Assembly (NCBI GenBank): GCA_040877745.1
Contig: JBBDNH010000131.1
Span: 1-27,414 of the forward strand
Source of the DNA: Dehalococcoidia bacterium
GTDB lineage: Bacteria; Chloroflexota; Dehalococcoidia; DSTF01; RBG-16-68-14
DNA length: 27,414 nucleotides
Direction of reading: 5' to 3'
This document shows positions 9,106-17,604 of this stretch, one piece after another. Each line of letters opens with the position of its first letter. The first letter of the stretch is position 1. The position numbers were made by a program, and so were the translations under genes. The notes beneath the pieces are model-generated. The model searched no databases. It was not told the origin of the DNA and saw only the letters and a list, made by a program, of their open reading frames with translations.

Positions 9106-10461
9106 CTACACCTGCTCGAAGTAGCGGCGCTTCTCCCAATCCGTGACGGCCTTGCGAAAGGCCTCGACCTCCCAGCGGCGCATCGCCGCGTACTGCTCGA
9201 CGAACGCGTTCCCGAAGTACTCGCGCGCCGGCTCGCTCGCCTCGAAGCGCTCGACGGCCTCCGATAGCGTCCTCGGCAGCCCGGGCGCCTCGACCGCGTA
9301 CGCGTCGCCCTCGACCGGCTCCGGCGGCGCGAGCTCCCGCTCGAGGCCGTAGAGGCCGCCGGCGAGCGACGCTGCCAGCCCCAGATAGCCGTTCACGTCC
9401 GCGCCGGGCACGCGATTCTCGATGCGCGTGGCGGACGGCGAGCCCGCGATCGCGCGCAGCGCCGCCGTCCTATTCTCGAAGCCCCACGTCAGCGTCGTGG
9501 GCGCCCAGCTCCCCGCCACGAAGCGTTTGTACGAGTTCACGTTCGGTGCGTACAGCAGCATGAACTCCGGCAGCGTCGCCAGCACGCCCGCGGCGTACGA
9601 GCGCATCAGCTGCGATGCATGGTGCGGCGCATCGGCGTCGTAGAAGGCGTTGCGCTCGCCGTCCGGCGACCAGAGGCTCTGATGGAGGTGTCCGCTGCAA
9701 CCGTCCAGCCGGTCGTCGTACTTGGCCATGAACGTCGGGACCACGCCGGACTGCGCTGTGATCTCCTTCGCGCCGCTCTTGTAGAGCAGCGCGTTGTCGG
9801 CGGCCGTGAGCGCGCCGGCGTAGTGCAGGTTGACCTCGTACATCCCTTCGCCGTGCTCGCGATTATATCCCTCGACCGGCACGCCGAAGTCGACCATCAT
9901 CTTCCGGATCCCGCCCACGAGCTCTTCGTCGAGCGTCGCGTGGTGCAAGCTGTAGCAGTTCAGGCCCAGGCTGAGCGGCTCCAGGTCGCGATAGCCCTTC
10001 GCGCGCAGGCTCTGCTGGTCCTCACGGAACAAGCGCACTTCCAGCTCGACGGCCATGCGCGCAAGATATCCCGCGTCCGCCGCGCGCTCGATCACGCGCC
10101 GAAGGACGTGCCGGGGAGAGACCGCGAGCGGCTCTCCAGCCTCGGTTTCATAATCGCAGATCACGGCGGCGGCGCCGGGCTCCCACGGCACGGGCCGGAA
10201 CGTCGCCAGGTCCGGCCGCATGATGATGTCGGCGAAGCCGGTCTGCGCGCTGCCGACAGGCAGCCCTTCGATGAGCTGCTCCCCGATGTCCCAGCCGAAG
10301 ATGACGTCGCACTGCGGGAAGCCGACGCCCCTGCACCCTTCGACGAACTGCGCCGACAGCACCCGCTTGCCGCGGAAGACGCCGTCCATGTCGGCGCCGC
10401 CCACCTTCACCACCTCGATGCCGCGCTCGGCGATCAGCCGTTCGACCGTGGGGAGATCCAT
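9106..10461 (-). CDS. Glutamine synthetase family protein (gamma-glutamyl-amine ligase-like rather than GSI)
   Basis: ATG at 10461 with SD GGAGGG; DMDGVFRGKR, EHGEGMYEVNL, TFMAK...GCSGHLHQSL, NSYKRF, RIENRVPGADVNGYL. Confidence 0.88.
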   Translation of the reverse strand: MDLPTVERLIAERGIEVVKVGGADMDGVFRGKRVLSAQFVEGCRGVGFPQCDVIFGWDIGEQLIEGLPVGSAQTGFADIIMRPDLATFRPVPWEPGAAAVICDYETEAGEPLAVSPRHVLRRVIERAADAGYLARMAVELEVRLFREDQQSLRAKGYRDLEPLSLGLNCYSLHHATLDEELVGGIRKMMVDFGVPVEGYNREHGEGMYEVNLHYAGALTAADNALLYKSGAKEITAQSGVVPTFMAKYDDRLDGCSGHLHQSLWSPDGERNAFYDADAPHHASQLMRSYAAGVLATLPEFMLLYAPNVNSYKRFVAGSWAPTTLTWGFENRTAALRAIAGSPSATRIENRVPGADVNGYLGLAASLAGGLYGLERELAPPEPVEGDAYAVEAPGLPRTLSEAVERFEASEPAREYFGNAFVEQYAAMRRWEVEAFRKAVTDWEKRRYFEQV

Positions 10462-10553
10462 CGTTCGGCCCTCCTGCGTAGATTCGCCCAAGGATAGCAG
10501 AACGCCGCCCGCGCGTGGCGCCGGCGGCGGACTTCGCTAGAAGTGCGCGGACC

Positions 10554-12143
10554 CTACGAGCGCTGCTCGCCGTCTCGCCGCCGGGGCCGCAGGAAGCCGC
10601 GCATGCGGTCGACGGCAACGCCCTCCCAGGCGAGGCGCTCCTCGCGCCGCGGGTCGTTCTCGACGCGGCTCGGCACGTTGAAGAGCATCGTCGCGCGCTG
10701 GGCGGCGTCGTAGGCCGGCCAATCGGGAAGCCCGGCGTGGCTCGGATCGCCGTTGCGCGCGAATGAGATCCAGGCGTCGCTCATGAGATCGGCCAGCTCA
10801 TGCCGCTCCGGGGTGTCGCCCGTCATCGGCGAGATGTCCGGATGGCCGAACACGAACGGGATCTCCATCGCGTGTGCGGACTTGAGCAGGTTGCCCTTGA
10901 AGTTGCCCTCCCACGTGAACAGGTACATGTACGCCGGCGCGCCGCCCGCGGCCGCCTTGCGCTCCGCCAGCATGATCGACGCCAGCCTCGTGCGCTCGCT
11001 GGCGATGCCGAGCAGCAGCTCCCACGGCGTGTCGGTGGGCCTCGTCCGGCGATAGACCGCCAGGATCTCCTCCATGCGGTCGCCAAGCAGCGGGCGGAGG
11101 CGGTCCGGCAGCTCGCCATCCTCCAGCCGCCGGCGCCGGGGGTCGGCAGCAAGGAACAGCGCCGCCTCGTCCTTGTTCGAGCCGATCATCACAGGGACGT
11201 GCTTCGCCGTCGGCGCGGCGTCCGGGTGGAACGGGTGTCGCGGGTAATACGAGCCGTCGACGACAGGCGCGACGCGCATGGCGCCGCCCATCCCCATGCC
11301 GTTGCCGCCCATCTTGCTGATGCCGGCCGTCAGCTCCTCGTGCGGCATCTCTTGCAGCTTGTGCAGCTCCTTCGCGCCGATGCCGAAGTGCTCGATCACC
11401 TGCTCCGCGAACTCCGTCGCGGCCTTCGCCTCCACGCCGCGGATGCCGGGCCCGCTCTGGATGATCGCCCGGTGAAAGAGCCCCTCGGCGGACGGCAGCG
11501 CGAGCAGCGTGCTCACCTTGGAGCCGCCGCCGGACTCGCCGAAGACGGTGACGTTACCGGGATCGCCGCCGAACTGCTCGGCGTTGTCGCGCACATACTC
11601 GAGCGCCAGCACGACGTCCAGCATGCCCGCGACGCCGGAGCCGGCGAACGCCTCGCCGCCGATGTCGGCCAGGTGCAGATAGCCGAAGACGTTCAGTCGA
11701 TGGTTGATCGTGATGACAACGACATCGCCGCGCTTGACCAGGTCCGCGCCGTTGTACCACGTCTCCGAGCCGGCGCCGGCCGCGTAGCCTCGGCCGTGCA
11801 GCCAGACCATGACCGGCCGCTTGCCGCCGTCCGCGACGGCGGGCGTCCAGACGTTCAGCACCAGGCAGTCTTCGCCGATCGATACCTTGGGCAGCGGGCC
11901 GATCGTATTGACGTCGGTCAGCGCCTGGTCTGCCACGGCGCCCTGCTGCGGGCAGATCGGCCCGAACTCGGTCGCGTCACGGACGCCGGCCCACGGCTCG
12001 GCCGGCAGCGGCGGCAGGAAGCGCCGGCTACCGGCCGTCGACGCGCCGTACTGGACGCCGCGGAAGACCAGCACGCCCTGATCGGTCGTTCCCTGAAGCT
12101 TGCCGTGCGTCGTCTCAACGATGGGTTCGGTGACGGTCGTCAT
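10554..12143 (-). CDS. Type-B carboxylesterase/lipase family alpha/beta hydrolase
   Basis: GEDCLVLNVWTP, nucleophile GESGG, acid in GSNKDEA, His in AHAMEIPFVFG, WISFARNGDP; SD AGGAGGG. Confidence 0.92.
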   Translation of the reverse strand: MTTVTEPIVETTHGKLQGTTDQGVLVFRGVQYGASTAGSRRFLPPLPAEPWAGVRDATEFGPICPQQGAVADQALTDVNTIGPLPKVSIGEDCLVLNVWTPAVADGGKRPVMVWLHGRGYAAGAGSETWYNGADLVKRGDVVVITINHRLNVFGYLHLADIGGEAFAGSGVAGMLDVVLALEYVRDNAEQFGGDPGNVTVFGESGGGSKVSTLLALPSAEGLFHRAIIQSGPGIRGVEAKAATEFAEQVIEHFGIGAKELHKLQEMPHEELTAGISKMGGNGMGMGGAMRVAPVVDGSYYPRHPFHPDAAPTAKHVPVMIGSNKDEAALFLAADPRRRRLEDGELPDRLRPLLGDRMEEILAVYRRTRPTDTPWELLLGIASERTRLASIMLAERKAAAGGAPAYMYLFTWEGNFKGNLLKSAHAMEIPFVFGHPDISPMTGDTPERHELADLMSDAWISFARNGDPSHAGLPDWPAYDAAQRATMLFNVPSRVENDPRREERLAWEGVAVDRMRGFLRPRRRDGEQRS

Positions 12144-12315
12144 GGATCGGTCCCTCCTACCTGATCGCGCCCCGCGCGTGTCCCGCGTGTCCGCGACTCC
12201 ACTTGCCGGTTGTGCGTCGCCAAGGTGCGCGTGATCGGAGTCCCAGGCGTGGGGTCGATTGTGGGCAAGGCGGCGGAAGGGCGAAGCGTCGAAGGGCGTT
12301 GGTGGCTAGGGCCAA

Positions 12316-14163
12316 CTATACGCCCTTGCCGAGCCTCCCGATTGGGAGCGTTCCCACGAACCGACGCTTCACTCCGACGGCAAGGCCATAGCCCTCACGG
12401 AGCTGACGTGCGATATGCTCTGCGTCAGCAATGCGAAGTTCGCTAAGAAACGGCGCCGGAAGGTTGGCAAGCAAGCTCCCGATATCTCTGGAAAAGGGAG
12501 CGGCGTTTCTGCTGGAAGTCACCTCATCGACCAGCTCTTGCAGCTTCGCAATCAGCTGCTGGTTGTCGCGTCCGGCGGTGGTACCAGAGCCCCCATTGAG
12601 GATCATGATGGTGCAGGTAATCTCGTCTTCGGCGGGAAAGGCCGTATAAGTCGACCGCAGCCGTTGGATCGCCTCGCGAAGATTGCCAAGCGACGCCTCT
12701 GTGGCCGCTGCCGCTGCTAGCCCGCCAGCGTGAACCTCTTCGAAGTTCCTGCCCTGACGACGAATGCGCGATATCCACGTGGCGTGTTCGATTCTTGAGC
12801 GAAGGATCATGATCCAACTGAAGGCCATGCATCCGATCAGAACGAGAGTTAAGGCGACTAGAAAGCGTTCTGGACGCGTTTGCTCCGGCCAACCGAGCCA
12901 GAAGCCGACTAGAGAAAGCGTGAGAACCACGTTGAAGAAGGCATAAAATAGCACGGCGCAGCCTGAACCATGAGAGTTCTCCAAGCTTCTCTCCGCAGAC
13001 TCGGCGTTCTCTTGGGCCCAGCCCCTGGCCTCCTTCAACCATTCGGCGCTGGCGGTTCGGGCTGATTCAACCAGCCGGGTGACGTCGCGAGCCATGCGCC
13101 GTTGCAATGAAAACAGACGCGACACTACGAGGAAGATGGCGTGCCGCTCGCGCAGCGCGTCGTGCAGCGGTACCGCAGAACGCTCACTTGGAACCGCCCT
13201 GCTGAGATCGCCCGCCAGACTCGCTCGGCTTTCTCGCAGTTCCCCAACTATCGTCTCGTCCTGAAAGCCTTCGGGAATCGACTCAGCGGCGTCAATAAGC
13301 GACCCCAGCCGAGCCATCGCTGGATGGAGCTCATCCATAATCTGCCCAGTCCCAGCAACCGCCTCCTGCTTCATCGAGTCAAACAGGCGCCGCACCTGCG
13401 GCTGCACGTTGGCGAATCCGGGATCTTCAAGCGCACGATAGGCTTCATCTTCATCAATGAGAATGGCGATCCTAAGTGCGGTAAGGGCGAGGTCTGTGTC
13501 GCGCATCCTTGCTCCAATGCTGGCGTATCGCCCGAAGCACTCGCCGTAGTCCGGGCTCAGACGACACGCGGCTTCGTAATACGCGCGACACCGTGCTCGC
13601 GAACCGCCGTCGTCGAGCATTTGGCCCATGAGCAGGACGGCTTTGCTGGAGAAGTAATTCGCCCCGTCTTCGCCTGGATCCTGCTTCAGTCGGACTTCGG
13701 CAGCCTCAAGCGCATCCTCGCATGAAGCCCAGGCCGCCTCATGATCGCCACGGATCGCGAAGTGCATGCGCGCCAGGAGATAGTGCGCAGCGCAGCTTAG
13801 GGGATAGAGAGCGACTGAGCGCTGGAGGCACTCCAGCGCGCGATCGTAGTTCCTCTTGGCCCGAAGGTAGGCCTGCGCCTCCGCAAGGTACTCCAAGGCC
13901 CCCTGCTGCCGAGGATTCGCGAGTTGATAGGAGATCTTCTCAAGCGTGTGCTGTTGAAACTGCTCAAAGGCTTCAACTGAAGCAAAGCCGTGCTCTATGA
14001 TGCGTGTCTGGTTGAGGACCTCACGATGGAGTCCTTGCAGGCGATCGGCGACAGCGTCCACGCTGGCAACGATGCCGCTGGCTGCCTGGAGCACATCATC
14101 GCTGAGGCGCTCAATCGCGCCGTGAATGGCCCAGAACTCAAGGAAATCCCAATCATCTGACAC
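12316..14163 (-). CDS. TPR-containing membrane protein of unknown function (coiled coil - TPR - 2 TM - small C-terminal domain)
   Basis: TPR-like helices (ALEYLAEAQAYL...YDRALECLQRSVALYP...AHYLLARMHF; YYEAACRLSPDY); two hydrophobic helices; codon usage unlike flanking core genes. Confidence 0.75.
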   Translation of the reverse strand: MSDDWDFLEFWAIHGAIERLSDDVLQAASGIVASVDAVADRLQGLHREVLNQTRIIEHGFASVEAFEQFQQHTLEKISYQLANPRQQGALEYLAEAQAYLRAKRNYDRALECLQRSVALYPLSCAAHYLLARMHFAIRGDHEAAWASCEDALEAAEVRLKQDPGEDGANYFSSKAVLLMGQMLDDGGSRARCRAYYEAACRLSPDYGECFGRYASIGARMRDTDLALTALRIAILIDEDEAYRALEDPGFANVQPQVRRLFDSMKQEAVAGTGQIMDELHPAMARLGSLIDAAESIPEGFQDETIVGELRESRASLAGDLSRAVPSERSAVPLHDALRERHAIFLVVSRLFSLQRRMARDVTRLVESARTASAEWLKEARGWAQENAESAERSLENSHGSGCAVLFYAFFNVVLTLSLVGFWLGWPEQTRPERFLVALTLVLIGCMAFSWIMILRSRIEHATWISRIRRQGRNFEEVHAGGLAAAAATEASLGNLREAIQRLRSTYTAFPAEDEITCTIMILNGGSGTTAGRDNQQLIAKLQELVDEVTSSRNAAPFSRDIGSLLANLPAPFLSELRIADAEHIARQLREGYGLAVGVKRRFVGTLPIGRLGKGV

Positions 14164-14203
14164 GGCGACGCCTCATCATGTCGCGTGGACACGCAACTGG
14201 CCA

Positions 14204-14233
14204 GTTATAAGTTCTGTACTGCCGACGTGTCAA
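14204..14233 (-). promoter_or_regulatory. Near-consensus sigma70 promoter for the TPR gene
   Basis: Minus strand TTGACA (14233-14228), 18 nt, TATAAC (14209-14204), about 40 nt upstream of the GTG start. Confidence 0.7.
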
Positions 14234-14265
14234 ATGCAATACGGGACCATCGCCGAAGGACAACC

Positions 14266-14293
14266 GTAGGCGCGCACGACCGTGCGCCCTTAC
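14266..14293. repeat. REP-like palindrome GTAGGCGCGCACGACCGTGCGCCCTTAC
   Basis: GTAG followed by an imperfect palindrome (11/13 arm matches); resembles the GTAGGGGCGCACGGCCGTGCGCCCCTAC-type repeats I recall from Chloroflexi/cyanobacteria. Confidence 0.6.
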
Positions 14294-14356
14294 GCGTTTG
14301 AAACGTCGCGCTAGAGGCGGGCGGGCGTGAGACGAACTAGTGGTCGAAAACGTAGC

Positions 14357-14431
14357 TGGAGCGGGGGACGAGGATCGAACTCGCGACAGCCTGCTTGGAA
14401 GGCAGGTGCTCTACCACTGAGCTACCCCCGC
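14357..14431 (-). tRNA. tRNA-Gly (anticodon TCC), CCA encoded
   Basis: Full cloverleaf: acceptor GCGGGGG/CCCCCGC, D-arm GCTC/GAGC, anticodon arm CCTGC-CTTCCAA-GCAGG, T-loop TTCGATC, discriminator T, CCA. Confidence 0.98.
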
Positions 14432-14447
14432 TCGCGAAGGCGGCTCC

Positions 14448-14453
14448 AGTATA
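14448..14453 (-). promoter_or_regulatory. -10 element of the tRNA-Gly promoter
   Basis: TATACT on the minus strand, 16 nt upstream of the mature 5' end. Confidence 0.55.
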
Positions 14454-14663
14454 ACGAACCGTCCGCTCTTGCCCGCGCCATGGCGCCTCGCTAGCATGCA
14501 GCGACCATTCCGGCGCACACAAAGCACAGGGTGGCGTGGACCACACCCGACACCGAGACGATCTGGCTGGCGGTTCACTGCAGATAGCAGCCTGACACGC
14601 CACGGCGATCCCTTGGCCGCTGTGAGTATCATCGGGGAACATGCAATCGAAGCTGATATATCC

Positions 14664-15311
14664 GTGAAGCGGTACATTCTCTGGGACAACGACGGTGTGC
14701 TGGTCGATACCGAACATTGGTATTTCAAAGCCACACAGCGCGCGCTGGGGGAACTGGGCGTGCATCTGGACGAGGAAACCTACCAGGAGCGCATCGTGCG
14801 TGGCGCATCGAGTTGGGAGCTGGCTGCGCAGGCGGGAATCGACCCAGAGCGGATCGTCGCCAAACGGCAACAGCGGGATGCCTACTACCAGGCGCACCTG
14901 GCGCAGGAAACGATCGAGATACCGGGTGTGGAGCGAGTACTGGCAAAGCTAGCCAGAGATAGCAACGTGAACATGGCGATTGTCACTACCTCAACGCGTG
15001 CGCATTTCGATTTGATTCACCGCAAGAGAAATTTACTTTGGTGTATGGACTTCGTTCTTACTCGCGAAGATTATGTTTCGTCCAAGCCCGATCCGGAACC
15101 TTATCTGCTCGCTCTCAGCCGCTATGGCGCGAGCGCGGACGAGTGCCTGGTGGTGGAGGACTCGCAGCGCGGACTGCAGGCTGCAATCGCCGCTGGCATT
15201 GACTGCGCTGTGGTCTACAATGCGTTTACTGCGAGTCACGATTTCACCGGCGCAACCCACTTGTTAGATTCAATACACGATTTGCCAGGGATCATTGATG
15301 ATCGCAGGTAA
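14664..15311 (+). CDS. HAD-superfamily subfamily IA phosphatase/hydrolase
   Basis: Probable GTG start at 14664 (the track start 14469 is a likely over-extension); motif I WDNDGVLVDTE, motif II VTTS, KPDPEPY, VVEDSQRGL; AT-richer than host genes. Confidence 0.88.
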   Translation: MKRYILWDNDGVLVDTEHWYFKATQRALGELGVHLDEETYQERIVRGASSWELAAQAGIDPERIVAKRQQRDAYYQAHLAQETIEIPGVERVLAKLARDSNVNMAIVTTSTRAHFDLIHRKRNLLWCMDFVLTREDYVSSKPDPEPYLLALSRYGASADECLVVEDSQRGLQAAIAAGIDCAVVYNAFTASHDFTGATHLLDSIHDLPGIIDDRR

Positions 15312-15555
15312 CTACGAACAACGTACGTGAATTCCGGAGCGATTTTTCGCTCTCGGCAGATTCAATTTTATCGCGCAAGCGCAACCGTTCTACTGCTTGG
15401 AAGGGCACCGCCTCGATTTCGGCCCGAAACGCCCAAATCCGAATCTAACGATGACGCATTTGCGAAGCGAGGCAGGTGCTCGTCAGATCTGCAATCAGCG
15501 CCAATATGGCACAACCGGCGCCAACCGAGGGAAACTGACTGAAACGCCACAGGGC

Positions 15556-15584
15556 TTGACAAGTTCCGACGTGTGCGACATGAT
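15556..15584 (+). promoter_or_regulatory. Putative sigma70 promoter
   Basis: TTGACA (15556-15561), 17 nt, CATGAT (15579-15584). Confidence 0.5.
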
Positions 15585-15720
15585 CCTGAGGCCTAACCGG
15601 CGCAACTTCCTGTTGACCGTGTCCCACGAGAAGGCAGCAAGTTGGGGCTCACTTTGGCCAACCTTGACGGTCTCGCCATGGGAGTGAGCTACCGCTAGTG
15701 ACTGAGACTCTGATGTCGCT

Positions 15721-15805
15721 GCCTAACTCGCGCCTGGAGCGGACGCGATTTCCTTGGGCCTGCGGCGCAACAAATCGCGCCGCTCAAGCGCCAAAGTCGT
15801 CATGC
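15721..15805 (+). mobile_element. Integron attC-like recombination site (solitary, R' degenerate)
   Basis: R'' GCCTAAC (15721-15727); L'' CGCCTGGAGCGG pairing with L' CCGCTCAAGCG with a bulged base; inner stem CGCGATTT/AAATCGCG; R' GTCATGC (15799-15805) versus consensus GTTRRRY. Confidence 0.7.
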
Positions 15806-15858
15806 GCACTCCAAAGGGTCGCTAGCGCCACGCGACCAAGGTGTGAAAGGAGGGAGCG

Positions 15859-16230
15859 TTGCGCCAAGCCACGAATGAGTTGCCCGTGACTATGGAGGCG
15901 GCGGGCATGAGAGTCCGAAACGCAGACTGGGGGAACCTGGTCGTTGGGTACATTGAGCTGCCAGCCGGCACCGACTCCACGCCCATGTTCAAAGGATTGC
16001 CAGATGACGCCTGCCAATGCCCGCACTGGGGCTATGTGCTCAAGGGCGCCGTTCAACTCAGGTACACAGACGGCACCGAGGAGGTCACCGCAGCGGGCGA
16101 GGTGTTCTACTGGCCCCCAGGCCACACAATGTGCGTCGAGGAGGACACGATCTTTCTCGACTTCAGTCCGGAGAAGGAGTTCCGTGTGGTCTCCGACCAC
16201 GTCGCCCGCATGAGCGCGCCGGAAAGTTAA
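15859..16230 (+). CDS. Cupin-fold protein
   Basis: TTG start after SD AAAGGAGGGAG; CQCPHWGYVLKG and AGEVFYWPPGHT cupin motifs. Confidence 0.82.
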   Translation: MRQATNELPVTMEAAGMRVRNADWGNLVVGYIELPAGTDSTPMFKGLPDDACQCPHWGYVLKGAVQLRYTDGTEEVTAAGEVFYWPPGHTMCVEEDTIFLDFSPEKEFRVVSDHVARMSAPES

Positions 16231-16484
16231 TGGCGCATCAGACACTCCCTCGAGGCTGTAGAGATCTCTCGGCCACCCGGATTAGCGCCTCTACGAGTGG
16301 CAGAAGAAGCTCGTAGGCGGTGGGCCCTCCAGGAATCGCTCGGTTGTGCGATCGTTCCGCTACTACACCTGCAGAGCAGAGCGGGCGAAGCCTTCATTCT
16401 TTGCGCCGCCACCCTGGACCGAGACCCAAGAGTTCGTGCCGCTCCCGGGCGGCGCCACAGCGCCTTCGATAGCATGCAGCGACC

Positions 16485-17600
16485 ATGAGCAAGGACACCG
16501 TGCGCATCGCGGTGCTCGGCGCCGCGGGCTTCTCCGAGGAGGGGCACTTCCCCGGCATCCGCTCGCACCCCAACGCCGAGACCGTCGCGCTCTTCAGCCG
16601 CAACCTGGAGCGCGCGCGGGACATGGCCGCGCGCAACGACGTCCCCGAGGCGACCGACGACCTTGACGCGCTCCTCGCTCGCGACGACATCGACGCGGTG
16701 ACCATCGTCTCGGCGAACGACCAGCATCATCCGTACACGATGGCCGCGCTCGCGCGGGGGAAGCACGTCCTCTGCGAGAAGCCGATGGCTCTCAACGCCA
16801 AGGAGGCGCGCGAGATGGCGCGCGAGGCCAAGAAGCGCGGCGTCGTCAACCACATCGCGTTCACGTTTCGATACACCTACTGCATCGAGGAGCTGCGCCG
16901 CCGCGTGAGCGCGGGCGACATCGGCACGCCGCACTTCGTCGAGATCCAGGGCCAGTGGTACTCGCGGCTGCTCTTCGGCGAGGTCGCCGCCTCCTGGCGC
17001 GACGACCCGTCGCAGTACGGCCCGGGCCACCTGGGCGAGATGGGCTCGCACTTCATCGACACGATCAACTACACCTGCGGCCCAACCAGCGGCTTCATCG
17101 CAGAGGTCGCTGGCGTCGCGCTGCCCGGCCCGCGGCCGCCCGGCAGCCCGTCGACGATCGACCTGGCGTCGTTCCTCGTCCGCACGGAACGCGGGCTCGC
17201 CGGGCAGGTGCTCGCCAGCCGCGCGACCGCCCTGCCGGTGGCGTACGGCGTCATCCACGCCGGCGAGCCGCATAGCGGCCACATGGGTTACGTCATCGTC
17301 AGCGGCAACAAGGGCGCGCTGATGTCGACGTTCACACGCGGCGAGGTGGAAGCGCTGCATCTGTTCGAGCCCGGCAAGGGCTGGCAGAAGCAGGAGCTGG
17401 CCGCTGAGGCGGCCGACGGCAAGCCGCACGGCGTCGAGCGCATGGTGCACGCCTTCATCGACGCGGTACTCGGCCAACGCGCGACGCCGGACATCGACGC
17501 GACGTTCGAGGACGGCTTCCGCTGCCAGGCGGCAATGGACGCGGTCGTCGCAGGCACGGAGTCGCGACGTTGGGAGCCGGTCGCGACGGCCAGCGACTGA
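16485..17600 (+). CDS. Gfo/Idh/MocA family oxidoreductase
   Basis: RIAVLGAAG Rossmann start, DIDAVTIVS, GKHVLCEKPMA, GHLGEMGSHFID. Confidence 0.9.
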   Translation: MSKDTVRIAVLGAAGFSEEGHFPGIRSHPNAETVALFSRNLERARDMAARNDVPEATDDLDALLARDDIDAVTIVSANDQHHPYTMAALARGKHVLCEKPMALNAKEAREMAREAKKRGVVNHIAFTFRYTYCIEELRRRVSAGDIGTPHFVEIQGQWYSRLLFGEVAASWRDDPSQYGPGHLGEMGSHFIDTINYTCGPTSGFIAEVAGVALPGPRPPGSPSTIDLASFLVRTERGLAGQVLASRATALPVAYGVIHAGEPHSGHMGYVIVSGNKGALMSTFTRGEVEALHLFEPGKGWQKQELAAEAADGKPHGVERMVHAFIDAVLGQRATPDIDATFEDGFRCQAAMDAVVAGTESRRWEPVATASD

Positions 17601-17604
17601 GCGC

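Noticed and set aside
9106-10461. Calling the GS-family gene glnA
   Set aside because: Sequence features fit the gamma-glutamyl-ligase-like subgroup; true glutamine synthetase activity is not supported from motifs alone
406-12164. Many long antisense or alternate-frame ORFs (e.g. 1459-3075, 3467-4459, 5010-6140, 7604-8779, 9619-10497, 10800-12164; likewise 16227-17843 and 17455-18840)
   Set aside because: They shadow genes with clear family motifs, are Arg/Ala/Gly-rich without motifs, and are expected in high-GC DNA
12170-12300. Short repeats CGCGTGTCC x2 and a CCCTTCGACGCTTCGCCCTTC fragment
   Set aside because: Too short and GC-rich to separate from chance or a decayed repeat
12150-12315. 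attR-type duplication of the tRNA-Gly 3' end bounding the TPR gene
   Set aside because: No match to TGGAGCGGGGGACGAGG found here or elsewhere in the window by eye
15591-15660. Second attC starting at GCCTAAC (15591)
   Set aside because: No L''/L' pair or GTTRRRY at a suitable distance; only the heptamer matches
15397-15687. 96-aa ORF as the cassette gene belonging to the attC
   Set aside because: TTG start without SD, no protein-like features, and it spans the predicted promoter
15640-15725. Fluoride riboswitch or hammerhead-like motif (CTGATG)
   Set aside because: Lacks the GGCGATGG...CGCC stem or the CUGAUGA/GAAA core
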